37,138 nucleotides of DNA from Catajapyx aquilonaris. Taxonomy: Eukaryota. Under the pieces are notes generated by a model. The model was not told where the DNA came from. It did not search any database and worked only from the letters and a program-made list of their open reading frames with translations. The stretch lies in the NCBI GenBank assembly GCA_000934665.2, contig KZ538993.1, forward strand, positions 1-37,138. The letters are read 5' to 3'. The translations under genes and the position numbers were made by a program. Shown in pieces: positions 11,508-22,979 of the stretch (positions are counted from its first letter, which is position 1; each line of letters begins with the position of its first letter).

Positions 11508-11978
11508 CCCTTAACTACGTAGGTGGAGCCTGAGAGGCTCCAAGCACTATTTAAACGCATGTAACTTTTTCATTGAATTTGATTTTCCCCTGTCCTTCCG
11601 TGACTTTGTCAGAAAAACCTTCCTAAGCATGAAAAGGAAAGAAAAAATTTTTTAGTCCCTATTCTTTGGTTTAAAAAAATTCGTAACGAGGAACAGGTCC
11701 GTCCTGGACTCTATACTGGCTCTACCTATGCAGGTGAAGCCTGAGCGGCTCCAACATGATGTAACCTTTTAATTAAAAAATTTTCCCTGTCGGAATATGC
11801 TGACTCAGCGTGTGATTTTTACGTTATTGGAAGCCTAATGATCTGAACTGCACTTTCTGTATGTGAAAAGTCCAATATAACAATTTAGTTGATAAGCAGA
11901 AATTGAAATATACCGTTGGAGCCTCTCAGGCTCCACCTACGTAGTTAAAGGTGTTTCAGCCACCTACGTAGTTAAGGG
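11508..11978 (-). mobile_element. piggyBac-type MITE, 471 bp, copy 2 (inverted relative to copy 1)
   Basis: TTAA at 11504-11507 and 11979-11982; same length as 5466-5936 with only scattered substitutions. Confidence 0.92.
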
Positions 11979-11990
11979 TTAATGCTGCAT

Positions 11991-12094
11991 TTACATGTGA
12001 ACGATGAAACCAATTGATTGGGGGCGAGAATGGATGGCTACTTTCGCCCCAAACAATTTGGTTTCATCGCCGAGCGAATCACTCACATGTAAAC
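11991..12094. repeat. Short hairpin/MITE remnant
   Basis: ttacatgtga...cgatgaaaccaattg...tggggcga is mirrored by tcgcccca...caatttggtttcatcg...tcacatgtaa. Confidence 0.55.
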
Positions 12095-12192
12095 TTGGTT
12101 TTAAACGTAAGCTATGCTTGTCAACATATTTCCTCAGTGGTTTATTTTTTCACACCTGAGGCAAATTAATGCAACTTGCACATTGTGAGATA

Positions 12193-12499
12193 CACTGTAT
12201 ACTCCTGATTATCTGACCTAATGAATGCACTGGTATACCCAGATAATCGGTTTACACAGATAATCTGAAAGTGGTCCTAGCTACTGTAAAAATGAGCTAT
12301 TCACAGGTAGCGTATGTACTGTTTGCTGCTTAAAATAAGGTTTAATAAAACTTACCATAGATTTCATATTGATCATCTGGAAAAAGTATGCTATATTACC
12401 TTGTTTATGAGACATATTCACATTTTTTCGGACTTTCATTTTGAACCTTTTATTCAGTGATGCATGGATAATCTGCACCCAGAAATCGGGAGTACAGTG
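12193..12499. mobile_element. TA-flanked MITE (Tc1/mariner/pogo-like)
   Basis: ta|cactgtatactcctgattatctg ... cagaaatcgggagtacagtg|ta. Confidence 0.6.
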
Positions 12500-12509
12500 T
12501 ATTTACATG

Positions 12510-12885
12510 GGGGCATTCTGCGTCAGCAGGGCCACCCTTTGCCATGACCTTCTCCAATTTTGACCATATTTGAGCAGATTGTAATGCCTGTACATAGGCT
12601 TACATAACTGAGGTTGTTTGCCTCTGTGAAGTGTGGTTGTAAAACTACAGGGTGCAAAATGTGCCCATTTTCAAGAATTTTTTTCTCTGTGACAAGTGAC
12701 AGTGTACAGAGAAAAAATGCTGGAAAATTGGCACATTTCGCACCCTGTAGTTTTGCAACCCCACTTCGTAGAGGAAGACAAACTCAGACACATACATCCA
12801 TGTATGAGGACTGCAACATAGTCCATTATGGTCGAAATCAGAGAAGGTCATGGCAAAGAGTGGCCCTGTTGATCTGGAATGACTC
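12510..12885. mobile_element. Palindromic MITE
   Basis: cagggccaccctttgccatgaccttctc / gagaaggtcatggcaaagagtggccctg and aaaactacagggtgc / gcaccctgtagtttt inverted arms. Confidence 0.75.
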
Positions 12886-13829
12886 ATGGAAAAGTATTTC
12901 ACTGACCAGATTTGGAAGTAGCCTACATGCGACCAAATACACACTCAAAAAATTCTAAGCTGCTATTTTTGGTCTGACTCACATGACTTCCAAGTCCACC
13001 TCAGCATTACGTATGCCCCATTTCCACTTAGGAGGAGGGACATGAGGGTATGGCCAGCAGTAGTCTTGCCCATAGACCCAAAGTGCAGCCATCATGAAGT
13101 TATCCGGGTTCATAGTCATCATCTTATGGAAGGAATACTCATGATCTTTCCCCCCCACCCCCCCCACCCCCCACCCCCCCACCTAGCCATATAGGGGGAA
13201 GACCATGCGGATAGCGAGTCCTCCATCCTCGGATGTAGCTCACTGTACCAAATCGCCTTCGGGCAGACGACTTCTGAACCGCACTGGACTTACCTGAAGC
13301 ATCAATCCCCATTCAGTTCCAGTTTGCAGATCCAACAGCTCCAGCCACCCGAATGCAATTTGGTACAGGGCTTCACATCCGGGTATTCGGACTCCACATC
13401 CGGGGATAGGGGACTTGCTAAGCTCACGGGAAAAGAGAGGGAGTTGCGGGGGACTGCTCCTGATCCTGAAGCAGACATCAACATGTTCGTTAACAAAATG
13501 CATAGGAAAAAGACTACCAGTTTGAGTCACACGCACCTGCACTATTCTAAGAGCTGCTACTTTCGGCACTTTCTTTCTGGACAGATTTATTTATCAGCAA
13601 GTATACTTGTATAATGTAGTCAAGGATTATATCTAACAGTAAGTATCATATAGTACCTGTAAAAAAAATAATCTTCAAAAATTCTCAAAGCCCTTTAAAT
13701 GGCTTTCATATGCCTCCAAACAACCTTGCAATGCAGATTGAAATTAGGTTAAATTTTTATGCACCACAAGAAATTTCCAAATGCCAATTAATTGCAGGTT
13801 TTATTTTTATATGCCTCCAAACTATTGTA

Positions 13830-14437
13830 CAGGGTGGACGGAAAGTTCTCCCCCCCTTACTGTAGTTCACTCACTGTAGCCTACTGTCATGGTCAGTGAT
13901 GGAGTTCTAAATGCTGCAGAAAAGTACTGCTAGTCCCTTCTGCTCCACATTCCCACCCACCATTTCCCCCCAGTTCCTTTCTTCTTAAGCCCACACCATA
14001 GATTAAGAAGCTGCTACCTTCTTAATCTATGGCCCACACAAAATCAGAATTGGTGCTGTCAATAAGCTGCACCAAACATTGGTGTAGGAAGAAGGCCAAC
14101 AATGCAAGCCAGCCACTAACAATATTGAGCATCTATGGGCAAGACTGCAAAATAGTGTATTCAAAGAGCTCAGGCAAGAAACAGGGAGAAGCTCATCGTA
14201 AGTGTGTAAGAGGAATGGGGGGATTACCCAAGAGGAGACTGTCATGCTCGCCATGAGTTTTTCTCTGCACATTCAGGTGTGTCTTGAAAATGATGGGTGG
14301 CACACAAAATACTGAAACTATACAGAAATGTCCACAAATGTGTCCAGATAGATTTTAAGATGTAAAATGGAATGTCAAATGTTTGATTTATTGTCAGTGA
14401 TCATTCATAAGAGGGGAGAAACGTTCCATCCACCCTG
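13830..14437 (+). mobile_element. Internally deleted Tc1-like transposon with transposase C-terminal relic
   Basis: TIRs cagggtggacggaaagttctcccc / ggggagaaacgttccatccaccctg; relic peptides NNIEHLWARLQNSV and LAMSFSLHIQVCLENDGWHTKY* resemble the Tc1 NPIENLW and GGxTKY motifs. Confidence 0.75.
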
Positions 14438-14484
14438 TTCTTCATAGTGCAGGTTGATAAGCTTTCATAACTTGGTTGCAGCTA

Positions 14485-15099
14485 CAGTAAAACTTCTATA
14501 AGTCGAATCTCCATGGGACCGGGAAAAAAACTTCCAAGTTATGGAAGATTCGAGTTAGAAGTTTGGCTTTTTTAAAGCACAGAACTCTATAAGGAAGCCT
14601 ACCTTCATATCCAGCGACGAAAGGTGTTCAAAACTTTAAAATAACTAGGTCACTATCACACTTACAATGTTCCTCGTTGGTTTGGTGTGAAAAAAACTCT
14701 GTTATGGACATTTTGCCTACTCTTAGTTAGATTCAAGGATTCAGTAATTGTCACAATCGAATCAAACATTTCTCTCGGTATGTCTGGTAGACGGAGATCA
14801 GGAAATTGAGCCTTTCTGTACATGTGGCCTACTCTCTACCCTTCGTCTGAGAAATGAGAAAATTTTCCGTACTCGCCAACATGAACTTCGACTTAGGGAG
14901 ACTGAAAATGCATTGATACCCCATCGAAAGGCCCTGCCTGCACTTCGAGTTATAGAAATTCGAGTTAGGGAAGTTTATTTCACATTGTTTATTTTTGTTT
15001 ATTTTGTTTATTTTACATTGTGACCAACCAAACTCATAATTTTCTTCGACTTATAGAGAACTTCGACTTAGGGAAGTTCGACTTATAGAAGCTTTACTG
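14485..15099 (+). mobile_element. pogo/Tigger-like MITE
   Basis: ta|cagtaaaacttctataagtcgaa ... ttcgacttatagaagctttactg|ta. Confidence 0.85.
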
Positions 15100-15448
15100 T
15101 ATTTCAGTTGCAAGATTTGAGTGAGGTAGCTACTTTCCACTGGTTTCAAACTTGGAGAGGTAGCATTTCCAAAGGTTCCTTTTTTTCAACCTGGAAAATA
15201 CCTCCCTCACAGGCACCTACAGTACACCTTGACACTCCTTCATTTCAACATGGAAAAACATGAATAATTGGGCAATACATGATTGTATATGACGTAATTA
15301 TGTTAGTCACTATGGTTTTCCTGCCTTGCCCATGGAGTAACTGAATATTGACAAACCCAAACATGTTTTATCTAACACTCTGACCTACATGTTGACCAAC
15401 TTGTACCAATGTTGTTTTTGTAGCTGGCTGCTTTTGGGAGCAACAGCA

Positions 15449-16003
15449 ATGTCTGCTGAGAAGGATATTGTGGCTTTGAAGAGTAAGTTAGACGATCAAG
15501 GGAACAAAGTGAGAGAGCTAAAGTCTCAGTCAGCTCCAAGGGAGGAAGTGGAAAAGGAGGTGAAGGTGCTGCTGGACCTCAAGTCACGCTACAAGGACTT
15601 GACTGGTGAAGACTTGGGTGGGGGAAAGCCTGCCAAGAAGGACAAGGGCAAGAAGGCACAGGTGAAGCCCCAGCAGGCAGCCCCCTGTGCAGGAGAGAAT
15701 GCCAGAAACACATCCCAGCAGGGCGCCAAGAAGCAGACCCGCCTTGGTTTGGAAGCACGCAAGTCAGAAAACCTGCCAGATTGGTACAGCCAGGTCATAA
15801 CCAAGGCAGAAATGATTGAATACTATGATGTGAGTGGCTGCTACATCCTTCGCCCTTGGTCATACGCCATCTGGGAGGCAATTCAGCACTGGTTTGACAA
15901 GCAGATAAAGAAGCTTGGGGTGCAGAACTGCTACTTCCCCCTCTTTGTGTCTGCAGGGGCGCTGGAGAAGGAGAAGACTCATGTGGCTGACTTTGCACCT
16001 GAG
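15449..16003 (+). CDS. ProRS: Prolyl-tRNA synthetase (eukaryote/archaeal type, EPRS C-terminal half), exon with WHEP domain and start of catalytic domain; exon acceptor at 15424
   Basis: [41 protein letters not shown]; then [43 protein letters not shown]...HVADFAPE; donor gag|gtacag. Confidence 0.95.
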
Positions 16004-16222
16004 GTACAGATTGACAGCTTTTTCACCTTCCATTTCAGTTAATTGCTGTCAAATTTAAAGAGCGTAACAAGTGAAGATTGAATTAAAACCAATGATCATT
16101 CCTCCATGGTGAGGGATACAGAAAACTAGCCAAGTAATTTTGTTGCCTAAGTGAAATTTTATAGAGTGTCTAATTTTATTGACATTTTTTCAGTGGATTA
16201 TACTAATGCTCTTTTGATATAG

Positions 16223-17852
16223 TAGGGGAAAGTGCCCATATTTCAACCATGTGCCCAATTTCAACTGCCACACTATTTTAGCTGTAACATGTTTCAACTT
16301 GCCAGTGGGAACTGTCACAAAGATGGAATTGGTGAGCCGGCAGTGCTGGTGCGAACACCCGCGCATTGTACAACCTTTGACATGGTTTACTTTTAAACAC
16401 ACAGTGGACGGCAGTGCATGATAGTATTGTCGATCATTTCCTAACAATTACGCTGTGTTATTCAGTCACTTATTGAAGCCTATAAGGTTGCTTACACTGT
16501 TTATTGCATGATCTAAAGTAGAAATACTGTACATGCAGCCACTTGTCGATGCGAACTGGCAGCCATAGTAGAAAGTTGTCTTGTTCCTAATTTCAGATAC
16601 CTAAGCTCATGTTCATCCTGTAAGTTCTACTAAAGACTATTTTTGACTATTTTTGACTTAATCAACTGCATAATTTTTCTTTTTGGATATAGGTAAAAAA
16701 CTTTTAATTTTTCTCATGCAGATAAGGTTAGTCGGGGGAAGACGCCGCAGTTATGCAAGAAGCAAACGTAATGAATCAGTCTCAATATCACCAATGGAGA
16801 TGTCTTTTACGAAGCTTTTATTCACACACATACCATAAAAAGTAAACAAAGGAAAAGGGAAATATTATTAATATTTTAAGAAAACTCTGTAAATGCAGCG
16901 TCTTCCCCCATACCATTGGGTGAGATGCCCCAATAGAGGAACATTCTGAAGCAAGACATCAGTCCAATATGCTTTGTTATTTTTCTCGCAGTCCTGTAGT
17001 CAGGCAATTCACTCACGCCGAAGTGAACATCTTTCGCTCCCTACATTGCCAGAAAGGTGCCATGTCTTGTTGTTTAGTTGCAATCCAAGTTTTTTCATGT
17101 TGTATGCTCTGTTCTGGTGGTTCATAAAGCCATGATCCTCAAAGAGGTATTGCTGCTAACTCTCTAAATTCATTTAGTTGGCTTTCTCAAGGCAGTGCAT
17201 CTTCCTCCAATGTCAGGGGAAGACACCGAAAAATGATTGCGTCATAATTTTTAGACAACACCCTTGCAATTTAGCCCACCACGTTACAGCCCATTTCGAC
17301 AGGGGAACAAAGTTAAACAACTTCATCCTACCTAATGTTATCTCCCTGGAGCTATTATAAGTTTTCTCACATAGAAGACATGGTAAATCGATGGGGGCAT
17401 GGGGGTTTTCAAAATTTTGCGAAATTTGGACCAGTTGAATTGGTTCTGCCGATTGCACCATATGGTTATGAGAGGAAGAGAGCAGTCGCTTTCTTAGCAT
17501 CGGCAGAGTTTCATCACTTCTCAGTCACACAGAGAGATAAAAGGTTCTTCCCCATGTGGCATCTTCCCCAACTTAAAAGCAATTTCCATAATATTGTTAG
17601 AAATAACGTATTTACTTTTTTTTGCATCTTTCTTCCCCTTAAAACGTAGGTTCTGAAATTAGGAACACTTTTTGGTAAAACTAGTGTTTTCACTTTTTAA
17701 TATCTGGCTTTTTCCTATGAAAAAAAAAAAACTTTCATTGCAGGCCTGGTAGGTAAATAATCAGGGTATTAAAATCCATTTCCCCACATTGCTGCATTTC
17801 CCAACAAGAGAAACAATACATGAGGGTGTTGAAATTTGGGCACTTTTCCCTG
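16223..17852. mobile_element. Decayed DNA transposon in the ProRS intron, with a probable second element nested at ~16730-17575
   Basis: Terminal inverted match ggaaagtgcccatatttcaac / gttgaaatttgggcacttttcc; inner ggggaagacgccgca / tgtggcatcttcccc repeats. Confidence 0.55.
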
Positions 17853-17900
17853 TCTTTTTCTTCATCATAGATATTAAACTTTAAAGGGTACCCTTTAGTA

Positions 17901-18243
17901 CAGTGGTTCCCAACCTTTTTGGCCCTTCGTACCCCTTTGAGAGCGGTTGGTCCTTCCGTACCCCCTACCAGGATGAAGAATTTACCGAATCCTTGACGAC
18001 ATTTAACTAATCCGTGATAATCGTGATAACTTCCTTACAACCAATAATTTGGGACCACGAATATGATGAAGTGAAAGAATATTAAGTAATTTTTTCGATT
18101 ATAATCCAGCTATATTTTCCTTTGTGCAAGCCACTTATGGGCTGTGCTATGTCCAAAATTGCTTGATTTGGACTCAGGGGTATACTTAGTTCCATGCCCC
18201 CAGGAGGGGCACCTCATACCCCCTGGGGGTAAGGGTACCCCTG
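17901..18243 (+). mobile_element. hAT (Charlie-like) MITE
   Basis: Starts cagtggttcccaacc; 8-bp TSD ctttagta at 17893-17900 and 18244-18251; right TIR largely deleted; gtacccc subterminal repeats. Confidence 0.8.
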
Positions 18244-18397
18244 CTTTAGTATCTATGCTCTTCATGTGATAATGCCTAATAAATTAAATTCCTTATTCCA
18301 ACTAGCTGAGGGCAAAATTATTTACATTATGAAAATAATTAAGACCATTTTAAAGGTGCATTTATAGTCCGGACTTATCTGGAGCCATTTAAATATA

Positions 18398-18948
18398 CGA
18401 GGGGCGTTCATAAAGTTCGTACCATTGCATCGCCGTGAAGGAAGAGAGAGAACGGCTCAAATTGCACACATGCATTAGTCCTTCTCTCTATTTGAACCCT
18501 GCAGGGCCACACATTTTTATCAGCGATGCATGACCTGTAGGACACCATCATTGTACAAGTTGACACGTTGTGTTTGGAAAATGTTTTCAATCTCTGTTAT
18601 TGTGGTGGTGGGGCGGGATAAGGCTTGTGCGCTTCTCCCATGACCCCGAAGAGCTATTCCGGTGGTAGATTCGTCTACTGGAAGGGTCTCCCAAGCCGAA
18701 CAGGTCTTTGGGGTCATGGGAAAAACACTAGCAGCCCCCACTATGGATAACAGAGGTTGAAAACATTTTTCGACCACAACGTGTTGACTTCAACAATGAT
18801 TGTGCCCTTTAAGTTGTGCATCATAAGTTGTGCAAATGTGTGGCTCTGCAGGGTTCAAATACAGAGAAGGACTAATGCATGTGTCTAGTTTGAACCGTTT
18901 CTTTCTTTTCCGTCAAGACGAAGGTAGGAACTTGATGAACACCCCTCG
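18398..18948. mobile_element. mariner-type palindromic MITE whose centre is an RTE-retroposon 5' segment
   Basis: ta|cgaggggcgttcat ... atgaacacccctcg|ta; arms pair along most of the length; 18600-18706 aligns to the reverse complement of 33030-33130. Confidence 0.85.
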
Positions 18949-19305
18949 TACACTGACTATAAATCTGCAAGATATTTTAAATATGTTGCTTTGGGAGTGT
19001 TCCAACTGAATACCCCTAACATTATGTTAGCGCCTGTAATGCTTGCTTCTATAACACTTTCATCAGCATGATATAATGGACGTTGCCTGAAAGGATTTGG
19101 TGTCGCGACACTGAAAGTTCCATACAATTATGTGAGAGACCTCTAGGGGTCCCCCCCCCCCNNCCCCCCCCCCCCCCCCCCGTACCATGCCTATCAATAA
19201 TGCTGAGTGAAACTGCCATCAGGCCGATAACTTCTTCAGAGTACCTGAATATTTTCATCCTAATTGCCTACAACTGCTGTATAAATAGTTTGTTGCCATT
19301 TTCAG

Positions 19306-20568
19306 GTTGCATGGGTGACCCGCTCTGGATCAGGGCAGGATTCGATGCAGCTGGCAGAGGCAATTGCAATTCGCCCCACAAGTGAAACGGCCATGTACCC
19401 AGCATTTGCCAAGTGGGTGCAGTCCCACCGTGACCTCCCCATCCGGCTGAACCAATGGAACAATGTGGTGCGGTGGGAGTTCAAGCACCCTCAGCCTTTT
19501 CTGCGCACCAGGGAGTTCCTGTGGCAGGAGGGTCACTCTGCATTTGGGGTGAAGGCAGAGGCAGAGAAGGAAGTCATGGAGGTGCTGGAGCTGTATGCTC
19601 GAGTGTATGAGGAGCTCCTGGCCATTCCAGTGGTCAGAGGGAGGAAGACAGAAAAGGAAAAATTTGCTGGGGCAGACTACACCACCACTGTGGAGGTCTA
19701 CATCTCTGCCAGTGGGCGAGGACTGCAGGGTGCCACTTCTCACCACCTGGGAACCAACTTTTCCTCCATGTTTGGGATTGAGTTTGAGGATCCCTCTTCT
19801 GATGAAGGGAAGAAATGCCATGCCTTCCAGAACAGTTGGGGCCTCTCAACTCGCACCATTGGAGCAATGGTGATGGTCCATGGGGACGACCGTGGGTTGG
19901 TGCTTCCCCCAATGGTGGCACTGGTCCAGGCGGTGATTGTTCCTTGCGGAGTGTCAGCTTCAGGAGCTGACCTCATATCATCCATCTCCAGCATGGAAGA
20001 AAGGTTGGAGACCGTAGGGGTGAGGGCAAAGAGCGACTTGCGTGACAACTACTCCCCTGGGTGGAAGTTCAACCACTGGGAACTGAAAGGCGTCCCACTC
20101 AGGCTGGAAGTTGGACCTAAGGATCAGAAAGCTGGTCAGTATGTGGCAGTCAGGAGAGACACTGGGGAAAAGAAGTCATTTCCCTTGGACAACCTGGAAA
20201 GAGATGTGACCCAGCTGCTCCAGGAAGTTCATCGGGACATGCTGAAGAAGGCCAGGGATGAGTTGGAGGCTCACAAGAAGGTGGTGCACAAATGGGAGGA
20301 GCTGCGGTCCCACCTGGAGGCTCGCTGCATCATACTTGCTCCATTCTGTGGAGAGGTCCAGTGTGAAGAGGCCATCAAGAAGGACAGTGCTGTGACTGCT
20401 GCTGCCCCAAACCCTGAACAGAGCGACCCTGCTGCTCCTTCTATGGGGGCCAAGAGTCTCTGCATCCCACTTGAGCAGCCACAGGACCTGCCCCCCAATT
20501 CCAAGTGCATCCATCCTCAGTGTAACAGGCCACCAAAGTTTTACACACTCTTTGGTCGCAGTTACTGA
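19306..20568 (+). CDS. ProRS: Prolyl-tRNA synthetase final exon (catalytic motifs 2 and 3, anticodon-binding and Zn-binding domains); 605 aa from ATG 15449
   Basis: Acceptor ccattttcag|; VAWVTRSG...IRPTSET...[23 protein letters not shown]...[12 protein letters not shown]...[14 protein letters not shown]...YTLFGRSY*. Confidence 0.98.
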   Translation, partial: VAWVTRSGSGQDSMQLAEAIAIRPTSETAMYPAFAKWVQSHRDLPIRLNQWNNVVRWEFKHPQPFLRTREFLWQEGHSAFGVKAEAEKEVMEVLELYARVYEELLAIPVVRGRKTEKEKFAGADYTTTVEVYISASGRGLQGATSHHLGTNFSSMFGIEFEDPSSDEGKKCHAFQNSWGLSTRTIGAMVMVHGDDRGLVLPPMVALVQAVIVPCGVSASGADLISSISSMEERLETVGVRAKSDLRDNYSPGWKFNHWELKGVPLRLEVGPKDQKAGQYVAVRRDTGEKKSFPLDNLERDVTQLLQEVHRDMLKKARDELEAHKKVVHKWEELRSHLEARCIILAPFCGEVQCEEAIKKDSAVTAAAPNPEQSDPAAPSMGAKSLCIPLEQPQDLPPNSKCIHPQCNRPPKFYTLFGRSY

Positions 20569-20574
20569 TTGTGC

Positions 20575-20580
20575 AATAAA
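20575..20580 (+). terminator. Candidate ProRS polyadenylation signal (very short 3' UTR)
   Basis: AATAAA 6 nt after the stop codon. Confidence 0.55.
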
Positions 20581-20709
20581 GTTTTCTAGGCTCGGCTAGT
20601 AGGAGTTGAGTTTTTAAAGCATGGAAAATGTAACAAATATTATTTGAAAGTCCAGCTCTAGGGGAATGACTGGCAAAATTAATGTTCTCAGGATCTGCAG
20701 CCCTAGCCC

Positions 20710-21164
20710 TAATTGGACAGTGTCATGCAATATGAGTCCACCCACATGAGAACAGTTTTGAGAAAAAGGGCTTTGAATGTCACACCTGTGAAATTAATTT
20801 CAGTGTCCTTTTCAGTCATTTATGGCAAGTATGCAGATTTCTCCAGATTGATGTTGACTGAATGAAGTATGATCCTTTGTGGATATAATATCATACCCCG
20901 GGAAGAAGAAGGGCACAAGTCAAGAAAGTCAACTTTACAGGGAAGCAATTTGAAAGTTTCATTTCATCAACATAAATCAGTACCATATTTATGTTGATGA
21001 AATGAAACTTTCAAATTGCTTCCCTGTAAAGTTGACTTTTTTGACTTGTGCCCTTCTTCTTGCCAGGGTGCAATATGTTCCTGGGCTCAATTTTGGACAT
21101 CAATCTGGACTAAATTTTGACATTTTTGTGGGTTGACACACTATTGCATAACACCGTCCAATTA
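20710..21164. mobile_element. Palindromic MITE
   Basis: taattggac...gtccaatta ends; near-perfect central arms gaagggcacaagtcaa...atcaacataaat / atttatgttgat...ttgacttgtgcccttc. Confidence 0.8.
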
Positions 21165-21478
21165 TTATAGAAAATAACTGGGAAATTATTCTAAAGGGTT
21201 TTTAGTTAACCAACGTACTCAGAGGAAAAGTGGGAAAGGGATTTGAATGTTAAAGAACAACAGCCAACACTGCTGTCCCTGGTCACACTGCTATGCAGAT
21301 GACAATGAAGAGCAGCCAAAGCCTTCTCATGCTTGAACAGTGTGCTGGCTGCTAACGGACTGCACTTTTTCATCATCAGACAACCAGCTTCGGTTGGTGT
21401 GCATGTGTTGCTCATCAGGGTAGGCATTTCAAGAGACTAGGGTGTAGGGCTCTGTAGTTTTCAGTGATATTACAAATA

Positions 21479-21914
21479 CAGCGTGACCATGGTAACTCTG
21501 GCAAAAATCGCAGGGTGTGTCGAGGCCCCATAGGCAAGTATTTTGAGCTTAGGTATCCATGTCCGGAAATGCCCCTGTACGGGGGTACGGCCTTTTCCAC
21601 CTTTAGTATGTTGCGCCTGGTGGGTAGGCAACCCATCGCACTCGAAGGTGGCGTTCATCAGGCGCTCATCAGGTTTTGCACTTGACACTCGCAATATTGT
21701 TTTCACTTCGTCTCCTCCACACGCGACACACCTGATGAACGCAAGCTTCGAGTACGATGAGTTGCCTACTCACCAGGCGCAACAGACCAAAGGTGGAAAC
21801 GGCCGTACCCCTGTACGGGGGCATTTCCGGACATGGATACCTAAGCTCAAAATACTTGCCAATGGGGCCTCTACCCACCCTGTGCTTTTTGCCAGAGTTA
21901 CCGTGGTCACCCTG
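21479..21914. mobile_element. Tc1/mariner-type palindromic MITE
   Basis: ta|cagcgtgaccatggtaactctggcaaaa ... ttttgccagagttaccgtggtcaccctg|ta; ~180-bp arms produce the mirrored ORFs in the track. Confidence 0.88.
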
Positions 21915-21922
21915 TATACATA

Positions 21923-22966
21923 CTGTATTACCTCACTTAAAGCGGCATGCCAGGTATAAAATGAGGTCGACCAGCAATCCAGTATAACCCGGGGGTGGCC
22001 ACAATACCCAAGGTAGATTTCCATAATTTTGATCCTTGTCAATTTTTGGAATGCATCTGACACTGTACTAAAATAATGTTCCTGTAAAAAATGTGCGAGT
22101 ACAGGGCTGTGAGAATATATGCAAGTTCATCTGTTGCACAGGGCATAGAGTGTGACCAATTCGACTGACAGTCTGGTCTGAGAGGGTAACCCCCTTAAAC
22201 ATTACAAAGGAACTGCAAAGGATCAAGGCAATTCCTTCAGTCCTCTGTTTTTTGTTTTTTGTTTTTTGTTTTTTGTTACCGAAGCAGGTTGGCATAGTGG
22301 ATAGGGCGTCCGACTGCTAATCGGGAGGTCCTGGGTTCGTATCCCGGGGCCGGCAACCCTGACCGTGGTTTTCTGTGGTTTTCCACGGTCTTTCTAGGAT
22401 AATTCCAGGGTCACTTCCGTATTATAGGCCACAGCCGCTTCCTTCCTTCCCTATCCTTGGAGGTTATTGAAAGGCTATGCTGGGCCAACCTCCTTAAATA
22501 TATCAATTATAAAGTCCTCTGTTTTGCTATCAATAGTTTGCTGGTCGCTGATCTCGTTGGCAATCAGAGGATCACTTTGCGTAGTGGTATCAATTTGTCT
22601 GAGAAGCCTCGTCACTCAGATAATAAAATCCAAACCAAATGTATGAAATATTCTGGGAAATATGCTTCCCTTCTAGTAGCCTTGCACTTCTAATTGAAAA
22701 TGTTGCCGTAAAATTTGAACTTAACGAACGATCTCATGGGATGTGTCAGGGAATAGAAGTGTCCTGGGCTATATCCATACTGTTGAATATGGTGTAATGC
22801 ATTCCTTTGAGAAATAATAATTTTCATAGAGATCGTAAGAAAACCTAGCCTTATACCGGCATACCTCGCTTAGGATGGCACACCGGTATAGCCACCAGAT
22901 CATCCATTTCTCAAAACTGGTCGACCTCGACTACACCGGCATGCCACTGTAAGTGAGGTAATACGG
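21923..22966. mobile_element. TA-flanked DNA element (pogo-like ends) with nested repeat fragment and SINE
   Basis: ta|ctgtattacctcactta..ggcatgcc..gaggtcgaccag mirrored by ctggtcgacctc..ggcatgcc..taagtgaggtaatacgg|ta. Confidence 0.65.
22281..22457 (+). mobile_element. tRNA-derived SINE, family B
   Basis: A box tggcatagtgg, B box ggttcgtatcc, body ending ggccacagccgcttccttcc. Confidence 0.85.
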
Positions 22967-22979
22967 TACATGTTTCATG

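Noticed and set aside
15389..15423. ATG 15389 as the ProRS start
   Set aside because: Lies in a branch-point/polypyrimidine tract ending in tttttgtag, better read as intron; intron retention cannot be excluded.
21650..21760. ctgatga motifs suggesting a hammerhead ribozyme (also at ~10812 and ~27430 on the minus strand)
   Set aside because: No correctly placed GAAA and stem II; hammerhead core cannot be built.
21464..22063. Cluster of mirrored 70-140-aa ORFs
   Set aside because: Products of the palindromic MITE at 21479-21914.
22283..22355. tRNA-Ser(GCT)-like cloverleaf
   Set aside because: Imperfect acceptor stem, no long variable arm, and it continues into a SINE body present three times; it is a SINE head.
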